Shown here: positions 54,634-64,000 of the stretch, piece by piece
Position numbering within the stretch: position 1 is the first letter of the stretch
Layout of the letters: every line of letters begins with the position of its first letter
Assembly: GCA_964016885.1 (NCBI GenBank)
Contig: OZ024740.1
Coordinates: forward strand, 29,326,001 to 29,390,000
Direction of reading: 5' to 3'
DNA: 64,000 nt
Source of the DNA: Eledone cirrhosa
Lineage: Eukaryota
The notes under the pieces: generated by a model
What the model was told of the DNA's origin: nothing
What the model saw: only the letters and a program-made list of their open reading frames with translations
Database searches by the model: none
Position numbers and translations under genes: made by a program

Positions 54634-54925
54634 AACAGGGGTTGGTATAGGACAATCGAGAGTTAGGGAGCGGTATAAGAATACAAATATTAATGTTGCC
54701 TACAAACCTTTCAACTCACAAGAAGATTTTGTATCTGCCCTTGGACCAGTAAAAGGTAGCATAACGATTATATCCGTAGCACCAAAATCCTCAAAAGATA
54801 TTGGGTTAGAGCTGGGACAGCTAAAATCTAAACATGAAGCAGCAGTAAAAAGAGACACACTAATGGCACTTAAGTCAAATCTGGTTCACCACAATGGGCG
54901 CCGAGCTGGCAAGCCGCAGGTGTGA
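54634..54925 (+). other. Candidate coding exon (stop-free frame after a splice-acceptor-like site)
   Basis: ttttcttttttactgcacatccctAG followed by 96 sense codons (TGVGIGQSRVRERYKNT...GKPQV*) of non-repetitive sequence; no homology recognised. Confidence 0.3.
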
Positions 54926-55622
54926 GCCTCGCGAGCTGGAATGGCTTTTCCAGCGCGTCTCCCTTGCCGTCCTCCGAGGAAACGCCTTCTCCATTCTGTC
55001 CGCCGGGGCTGTGGGGAGGCCACCAATATGATTGACTGACTTGTCATTTCATCAGTAAGATGTTTTTAGACATTTAGCCACCACTACTACTACAGAGACC
55101 ATGACAGTATATTTTTAGTATATTTTTCAATATATTTTCAGTATATTTTTCAATATACTACTGATTTTAATATCAGTAGATTACTGGGCCGAATCAAGTT
55201 ATATTAGAATCTTTAAAATGATCTTTAAAAAATACTCGTACGAATTAAATACAAAAAAGTTTCAGTCTAAAACAAAAGCAAGCTATTTCAATTTATATAT
55301 TTTTGAAAAATTTGATCTCAGTCGAAAAAGCTTCTGTTTTTTTAAATTCTATATTTCACTGTTAGCTGTTGTAATATTTTGAGTGGATAGACAATTCTAC
55401 AATTCAAACTGTAAAGTCAAAATACAAAAGATGCAAAATCTGAAGAATTTCTTACCTTTCTCTTGAATCACAAACTTAAGGGGAAAATAGTACCTTGCAA
55501 AATAAAGTGCCTCGATCACAAACTTAGTTGCAACGAATAAATTGAGATGTTTGGTGACAGTGAACAAAAAATATCTGTATCCCTTATATATATACATAGA
55601 TAGATACACACACACACACAAA

Positions 55623-55756
<134 letters not shown>

Positions 55757-55860
55757 TTGTTTTTGGTACAGAAAGAATTTTGTCTCCAGTTTTTATTGCC
55801 GGGTCAAAGGCCACTGCTCTTTTCAACAACGTCAAATAACAACGCCATATATATATATAA

Positions 55861-55944
<84 letters not shown>

Positions 55945-55947
<3 letters not shown>

Positions 55948-58900
55948 AGTGAAGAAACAATCCCCAAATACACATCCTATGAAATCAATGACAATATCAA
56001 CAACTTATGTGAAACAATCAAAACACACCTGAATAACAACACAAACCCTATTCAAACGAACGACAATACACATGACACTAATACACTTACAACTTACCAA
56101 ATAAAAAACAAATTAATACCACAATGGTACACATCTCTTAATAACAGGAAATTCTCCTTTTGGAAGATAATACAAAACAATAACAAAGCGGAGATCTATG
56201 AAAAATGGATTAACTCTTCCCCATTAATCATCCCCCGAAAACTACAAATTAAATCCATCCCAAACAAACCAGAGACATAAAGTCACCCCAGGGAAAGAAT
56301 GGCACTTGATAACATAAAAACCGAAATTGAACTCCTTAAATTGAGAGCCCAAGCAAATGAAGATAGGATCAAATCAATCGACGATGAGATTAATCTAGCA
56401 ATTATCAATATAACCAAAGACACCACCCGAGAAAATATTTCAGATTATGGTTAGAGGACTGTGATAAGGAATAATTAAAATCCCTTCAACGTTGGGAAAT
56501 AAACGAAACCTGGTTCTCTAACTATGAAACACTTTTCCAAAAAGAACACACATCCAAGAACCCCTTCATTAAAACCATAATAACAAGAAAACTCAATCAA
56601 CACCCAAACAACACACAACAACCAACAACAACAAAAAAACAATACCTCCCCACATACCAACAAAAGAAGGCATCACCTCGCCCCTACCTCCTACACCCTC
56701 CACACAACTACCACACGGACTCCCAAGCAACAAATATAGTAATAGAGAAACATCAGCTACAAGATAGACACTACAACTTCTCACCTACCAGGAGAAACCA
56801 TAAAACCCCCCACACTTACAACCCCCCTAACATCCCCACACAACAAACCCACAACCATCATTACTTCCAACATAGAACCCAAAATACACAACTACCACAT
56901 ATGTCACACAGGGCATCACAGCCACACACCAGCTATAAGGAAACCCTAATCTACCCTCCTCCACTAACCACACCCTACTACAACAACACCAGCAGGGGTC
57001 AATACAACCACACCAGACACCCTAACCACTACAACCACCATAGCTACACACCATATAACAGCAACAACAGGACTCAATATGAACACACAAGACAACCTTA
57101 CTACAACTACCACCAAGTCTACACACCCTACAACAACAGCAGTGCTCAACACAACCACACGATACAACACAACCACACGATACAACCCAACTTCAACAAC
57201 CACCACAACTTCACACCCTATAACCCCGTCCATCAAATCTACACATCCTACAACAACATCAGCAGGGCTCAATACAACCACACGATACAACCTAAACTCA
57301 ACAACCACCACAGCTACACACCATCTAACAACAACGTTAGGGGCCAATATAACTATAAGAGACATCCAAACTTCAACAGCCATCACAACTTCCGTAATCA
57401 TTTTTTAGACACAGCACACAGACACAGGATTACAAGATAACACAAAACACACAGGAGACACAAAATGCAATAAAAATTGTCAATTTAACCTCCAAAGAAT
57501 TAACAACAGACCAAATCAACATACTCTCCAAAGGTCTAAAATTTACACCAACTCCCCAACAACCAAACTACCCCGAATTGATGGAAGATATTTCAGAATT
57601 CTGTAGAAAACTAAGACTCAGCGAGCAACTATACAACAAATACAATGAGGATGACTCAATAGCCAGAAATAGAAGCAACTACACCCCACCAAAAGGCAAG
57701 AATAAATTCCTCGATCAATTCTGCGAACACATTACTAATTACCCATACCACCACCTACACAGACATAAACAAAAACCAAACCTAAGCAAAAAAGAATGGA
57801 ATGGTCTTAACAGTCTAAAAAACGATAAAACCCTAACAATCAAAGAGGCAGATAAAGGGAGTGCAGTAGTCCTTATGGAGACAGATTATTACACAACTCT
57901 AGTACTCTCAACTCTAGAAAACCAAACATATTATGAAAAGGCCCAACACTACACACAACAGAAAATAATGAGAAACCTAAAATCCCTAACAACCCTTTAC
58001 AAAGAAGGCCTTACAGACAAGAAATACAACTACTTCACCAATTTAAAAAGCAGAACCAGCCTCTTCTACGGTATCCCCAAGACACACAAAAGCGAAGTAA
58101 TAGGCAAGGCCTGCAAGCAAGCCACAGACGTTTACATCAATATAGCCCCTCCTGATTACCTTAAATTAAGACCCATAATAACAGGCACCACATGTGAAAC
58201 CCACCGCCTAAGCAACTTCCTAGATATTCTGCTTAAACCTTTCCTAAAACATGTAAAAAGCTTCATAAGGGACGACATTGACATGCTCAACCACCTCCCA
58301 ACAACACTCAATAATGAACATACCTTACTAGTAACCTTTGATGTCATCTATTTATATTCCAATATCCCACACAACCTAGGTATAGAGGCAATACAATTCT
58401 GGATGGAAAATTTCTCTAGAGAACTTCCACAGCGCATCTCTAAAGAATTTGGGTTGGAGGGACTCAAATTCATCTTCGAAAACAATTTCTTCGAATTCAA
58501 TGCCAAATACTACAGACGGAAATCTGGGACGGCTATGGGCACGAAAGTGGCCCCCTCATACGCCAACCTTGTCATGGGATATTTGGAAACCATTCTCTAC
58601 CGCAAAGTTCTAGACAAATACGGCAACCACTTCTACCAACACATAGAAAAGAACTAGAAGAGATATCTGGACGACTGCTTCATCCTCTGGCATGAAAGTA
58701 TAGATAGACTGATGGAGTTCAAAACCCTTCTGAATGGACTCAACACTAACTTATAATTCACAATGGATTACAGCCATGAACAACTCCCTTTCCTCGACAT
58801 CCTCATCAAGAAAACAAACAACAAAATAGAAACAGACATATACTACAAACCCACAGACTCCAAACAATACCTTCCATTCAACTCGTGCCATCCTCGACAT

Positions 58901-60300
58901 ACCAAAATGGCAATTCCTTATAACCTAGCCAGAAGGATCTGCACAATAGTTTCAGATAAATACACATGCTACACACGACTAGAAGAATTAAAAAACACAC
59001 TTATCAGCAGAAACTACCCTCCATCCCTAATCACCAATGGATTCCAACGTGACCTAAAACTAGACATCCAGGAACTCAGACACCCCAAACCCAGGAGTGA
59101 ACCGCAACAAAAAACTCTATCGTAAATCTCCACACACAATCCCCTCAACAATGAGTCATTCGACACCATCCTTTAGAACATTCCTTTACTAAAAAGGGAC
59201 CCAAGAATGGACAATATCCTCCAAACACACAACATCATAAAGAGCAAAAGACAACCCAAATCCATAAAAAAACATCCTTACACAAGCCAAAATCCAACAA
59301 ATCCTCACAATGAACCCTACAGTAATAAAATGCGGAAGGCCCAACTGTGGTATATGCATAAATCTAATAGAAGATTCAACATTCCATTTTAAACAAGGAC
59401 AACGTTTCACAGTTAAACACAACTTTACATGTGCATCTGAAAACCTTATCTATGTTTTGACATGCTCAGGTTGTCAAGAGCATTACATAGGGCAGACAAA
59501 AACAGCCTCCGTCAACGTATGACCGTCCATAAATCACAAATTATAATATAGGAATACAGAAAGATGCATTTAGTGAACATATCGCCAATTGTGCTCTCAA
59601 CCAGCATCTAAACTTTAAAATTTTCCCCATTTACAAATTCATAGACAACGCTACTTTCATCCAACGTACCAATAAGGAAACATATTTCATTAACAAATTC
59701 CAACCTCTACTTAATGCCCTAAAAATCGGACCAAACTAAAACTGCAACAAACCATCAAACATTTACAAGAGTTACCTCCCTCACACCCTACCTAATCCTT
59801 TTTCTTAAATACATTAAATATCACCCTGCAAGAATTGCTTCCCCCTGCATATTAACTCTCTAAAAAGGGAAATCATATCAAACCACAGTCCACCATTTGC
59901 CTCCTTCACGGAACCATGGTTCAACTAGGCACTCTTGCGATATTAACACATTGTGAACTGCTTAACTTCAATGACTGTGCTTGTAAATAACATTTTTTCT
60001 TCCACATTGACTTTTTACGTTCCACATTATGCACGTTTTTTTTTTCCTTTTTCTTTTTTCTTTTTTCTTTTTTCTTTTTTCTTTTTTCTTTTTACTTCTT
60101 AAACCTTGTTTGGATATAACATTATTCTTTCTGCACCTTTTGTTTAACATGTGCGACACCACACTAATACATTTCACTATCATTGATAATGCATATAAAT
60201 GCTGAAACCGGTAATAGACAATAATTAAATATATAAATAGATAAATAAATACCATTGTTAAATAAGAAATAAATAAACTAATACCTTAACACTTCACACA
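55945..60300 (+). mobile_element. Near full-length Neptune-like PLE with upstream ORF1 and RT-Zn-linker-GIY-YIG ORF2 (decayed)
   Basis: IVNL...L.KGLKF.P, IKEADKG, FYGIPK.HK, LRPII, TFDV..LY.NIP, GTAMGT..APSYANL, RYLDD, LPFLD, YYKPTDS.QY..F.SCHP, CGRPNC..C linker, LIY.LTC..C...YIGQT; HHR relic at 60177-60217. Confidence 0.92.
57398..59740 (+). pseudogene. PLE reverse transcriptase + GIY-YIG ORF2 with several stops and frameshifts
   Basis: ORF pieces 57578-58657, 58763-59125 and 59310-59522; the reading frame opens at 57398. Confidence 0.88.
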
Positions 60301-60430
60301 AAGTAAAACATTTCGTTTTAATCATTTTCTAACCCAGAAAAAAGAGAGAGAAACAAAAAAGAAAAAAAAAAATTTTTCTTCCTCATAATCGTCTCTTTCT
60401 CCCTGTTTTCACACACACACACACATATAC

Positions 60431-60553
<123 letters not shown>

Positions 60554-60784
60554 CATACATATATACATACATGTACCTATGTATATAGCTATGCATTTAT
60601 ACATTTGTATATATACATGCATTTATATTTAAGTGTGTAAGGATGTTGACATGAGTGATGTCTTTTGGTAAGGAGAGAATTTTGTATCCAGATGTTATTA
60701 CCTAGGGAGATTAAATACCACAGCTCTGGCTGAAAGCTGACCAGATTCTCAACCTCATCAAACACCAACGCGGGTCTGTGTGTG

Positions 60785-60816
<32 letters not shown>

Positions 60817-61225
60817 TGTATGTATGTATGTATGTATGTATGTATGTACGTATGCATATGTGTGTATGACTGTATGTATGTATGTATACACCCATACCTT
60901 TCATCACCATTGCTCCTTTTTCTTGTCGTTTCTGTTGTTCTTGTAACTGTTGTCAAAGTTGAAGTTGTCCTTATTTTCATTTTCTTCGATTTCTTTCGTT
61001 TTTCTTTTATCTCCCTAGGGAATTCGTTGACAACCTTCATTTATTTATTTTCTTCGTTTTCTTCATTCACATTGGCTGTCTCAGAAACTACAAATATGAC
61101 TTATAAAACTTACCAACGTAAATAGCCTTCCGGTGCCCCCCTAGCGCCCCCCAAAGCTTCAAATGCCCCTTGCTCTAAAACTCCCCCCTGGGGGGCATAT
61201 GTCCCCGGTTGAGAAACTTTGCTTC

Positions 61226-61575
61226 AGACGGAGGTCGGCTAAAAATTTCATGGACTGATCAAGATAATCTCAGGAAATGACCAAATAAAGTTTATTTTTC
61301 AACAAAGTTCCTGGAAACAAACAATGAAGATATTAATAAAAAGAAAAAGAGTTTATACGATTACATGCAAGATTTCATAGCTCTAGCTTCACTCTTTCAT
61401 AGGCTGACAAAGATACTGTCATTGAATGTCCAAATGTTTATTTTTCAACATAGTGCCGGGAAGGAAATAATGCAGTTATTAATAAGAAGAGTTGAAATCA
61501 ATGCATGCAATATTTCACAGCTCTAGAATCAACTCCTTCATAGTCATCCTATGAACTTCTCAGCCCATCCTCGCA
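61226..61575. mobile_element. Mariner-like non-autonomous DNA transposon relic
   Basis: Imperfect terminal inverted repeats (ggtcggctaaaaatttcatgg / cctatgaacttctcagcccatcc) and the mariner-like subterminal motif tttatttttcaacatagt. Confidence 0.5.
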
Positions 61576-61649
61576 TATAAAGAAATCTACTATCACTGAC
61601 TCGGATGTAAATATCTCGTCTACCTCTAATTTCGAGGTACATCAGAACA

Positions 61650-64000
61650 CCTCTAACACTGGCTGAGGACACATCTAACACTAGGTGAAGACTCCTCTAA
61701 AACTTGGTGAGGACACCTCCAGCACTGAGTGAGGACACATCTAACACTGGGTGAGGCCACCTCTATCACTTGGTGAGGACACCTCCAGCACTGGGTGAGG
61801 GCACCTCCAACACTGAGTGAGGACACATCGAACTCTCGGTGAGGACACATCTAACACTGAGTGAGGACAACTCTAACCCTGGGTGAGGACAACTCAAACA
61901 CAGGGTGAGGGCACCTCCAGCACTGAGTGAGGACAATTCTAACACTGGGTGAGGACAACTCCAACACTGGGTGAGGACACCTCTAAAACTGGGTGAGGAC
62001 ACCTCCAACACTGGGTGATGACACCTCCATCACTGATTCAGGACAACTCCGGGACTGGATCAGGACACTTCCAACACTGAGTGAGGACACCTCTAACACT
62101 GGGGGAGGACACCTCCAACACTGGGTGAGGACACCTCCAACACTGAGTGAGGACACCTCCAACAATGAGTGAGGACACATCCAACACTGGGTGAGGACAT
62201 CTCTAAAGCTGGGTGAGGACACCTCTAACACTGGGTGAGGACACCTCCAACACTGGGTGAGGACACCTCCAGCATTGGGTGAGGACATCTCCAACACTGG
62301 GTGAGGACACCTCCAACACTGGGAGATGACACCTCTAACACTGGGTGAGGACACATCCAGCACTGGGTGAGGACACCTCCAACACTGGGTGAGGAGACCT
62401 CCAGCATTGGGTGAGGACATCTCCAACACTGGGTGAGGACACCTCCAACACTGGGAGATGACACCTCTAACACTGAGTGAGGGCACATCCAACACTGGGT
62501 GAGGACACCTCCAACACTGAGTGAGGACACCTCCAACACTGGGTGAGGACACCTCTAACACTGGGTGAGGACACCTCCAACACTGGGAGAGTACATATCT
62601 AACACTGGGTCAGGACACCTCTAAAACTGGGTGAGGACAAATCCAACACTAGCTGAGGACATATCTAACACTGAGTGAGGACACCTCCAGCACTGGGTGA
62701 GGACACCTCTAACACTGGGTGAGGACACCTCCAACACTGGGTGAGGACACCTCCAGCACAGGGTGAGGACACCTCCAACGCTGGGTGAGGACACCTCTAA
62801 CACTTGGTGAGGACACCTCTAACACTGGGTGAAGACACCTCCAACACTGGGTGAGGACATAACTAACACTGGGTGAGGACACCTCTAACACTGGGTGAAG
62901 AGACCTCCAACACTGGGTGAGGACACATCTAACACTGGGTGACGACATCTCCAACACTGAGTGAGGACACCTCCAGCACAGGGTGACGACACCTCCAACG
63001 CTGGGTGAGAACACTTCTAACATAGGGTGAGGACACCTCCAACACTTGGTGAGGACACCTCCAGCACTGGGTGAGGGCACCTCCAACACTGAGTGAGGAC
63101 ACCTCTAACACTAGGTGAAGACACCTCTAAGACTGGGTGAAGGCACATCTAACACTGGGTGAGGACACCTCCAACACTGGGTGAAGACACCTCCAACACT
63201 GGGTGAGGAAACATCCAACACTGTGAGAGCACACCTCCAACATTGAGTGAGGACACCTCTAACACTGGGTAAATACACCTCCAACACTGGGTGAGGACAC
63301 ATCTAACACTGAGTGAAGAAACCTCCAGTACTGGGTGGGGACACCTCCACAGCTGGGTGAGGACATATCTAACACTGTGTGAGGACACCTCTAACACTGG
63401 GTGAGGACACCTCCAACACTGGGTGAGGACACCTCCAGCACAGGGTGAGGACACCTCCAACGCTGGGTGAGGACAGCTCTAACACATGGTGAGGACACCT
63501 CTAACACTGGTTGAAGACATATCTAACACTGGGTGAGGAAACCTCCAGTACTGGGTGGGGACACCTCCAGCACTGGGTGAAGACATATCTAACACTGGGT
63601 GAGGAAATCTCCAATACTGGGTGAGGAAATCTCCAACACTGGGTGAGGACACCTCCAGCACAGGGTGAGGACACATCCAACGCTGGTTGAGGACACTTCT
63701 AACACTTGGTGACGACACCTCCAGCACTGGGTGAGGGCACCTCCAACACTGAGTGAGGACACATCTAACACTGGGTGAGGACACATCTAACACTGAGTGA
63801 GGACACCTCCAGCACTGGGTGAGGGCACCTCCAACACTGAGTGAGGACAACTCTAACACTGGGTGAGGACAACTCAAACACTGGGTGAGGGCACCTCCAA
63901 CACTGAGTGAGGACACCTCTAACACTGGGTGAGGATACCTCTAAAACTGGGTGAGGACACCTCTAACACTGGGTGAGGACACATCTAACACTGGGTGAGG
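61650..64000. repeat. 22-bp GC-rich minisatellite/satellite, ~105 copies, running off the window
   Basis: Unit aacactgggtgaggacacctc[c/t] with scattered variants. Confidence 0.95.

Noticed and set aside
56901-57440. Independent host gene encoding a His/Asn/Tyr-rich protein
   Set aside because: It is contiguous with and overlaps the PLE RT frame, so it is treated as element ORF1.
61650-64000. CRISPR array or Cys-rich repeat protein
   Set aside because: Contiguous 22-bp monomers without spacers, unit not a multiple of 3, no cas genes, eukaryotic context.

Overview
AT-rich, microsatellite-saturated eukaryotic DNA. SINE types and repeat content suggest an invertebrate, plausibly an octopus-like cephalopod (inference). 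No intact host gene is evident; one candidate exon lies at ~54.6-54.9 kb. The window is dominated by at least 5-6 families of Penelope-like retroelements (PLEs: RT + GIY-YIG endonuclease). It also holds a Tx1/L1-type LINE in a (TC)n tract, RTE-LINE relics, tRNA-derived SINEs, a non-autonomous Helitron-like element and several minisatellites. The main pattern is that many PLE insertions are head-to-head pairs of 5'-truncated 3' fragments whose two 3' ends both run into (TA)n microsatellites. In one case the partners are from unrelated families. About 20 hammerhead ribozyme (HHR) motifs (CUGANGA/CCGANGA...GAAA-short stem III-UH) mark these 3' ends, some with ~80-115 nt stem II insertions and some in tiny ORF-less palindromes. 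One inverted arm begins exactly at the predicted ribozyme cleavage site. A near full-length Neptune-like PLE (56-60 kb) has an upstream ORF joined to the RT ORF by a U_UUU_UUA slippery site, suggesting -1 ribosomal frameshifting. All coordinates were read by eye; element boundaries are approximate and family letters (A-F) are my own labels.
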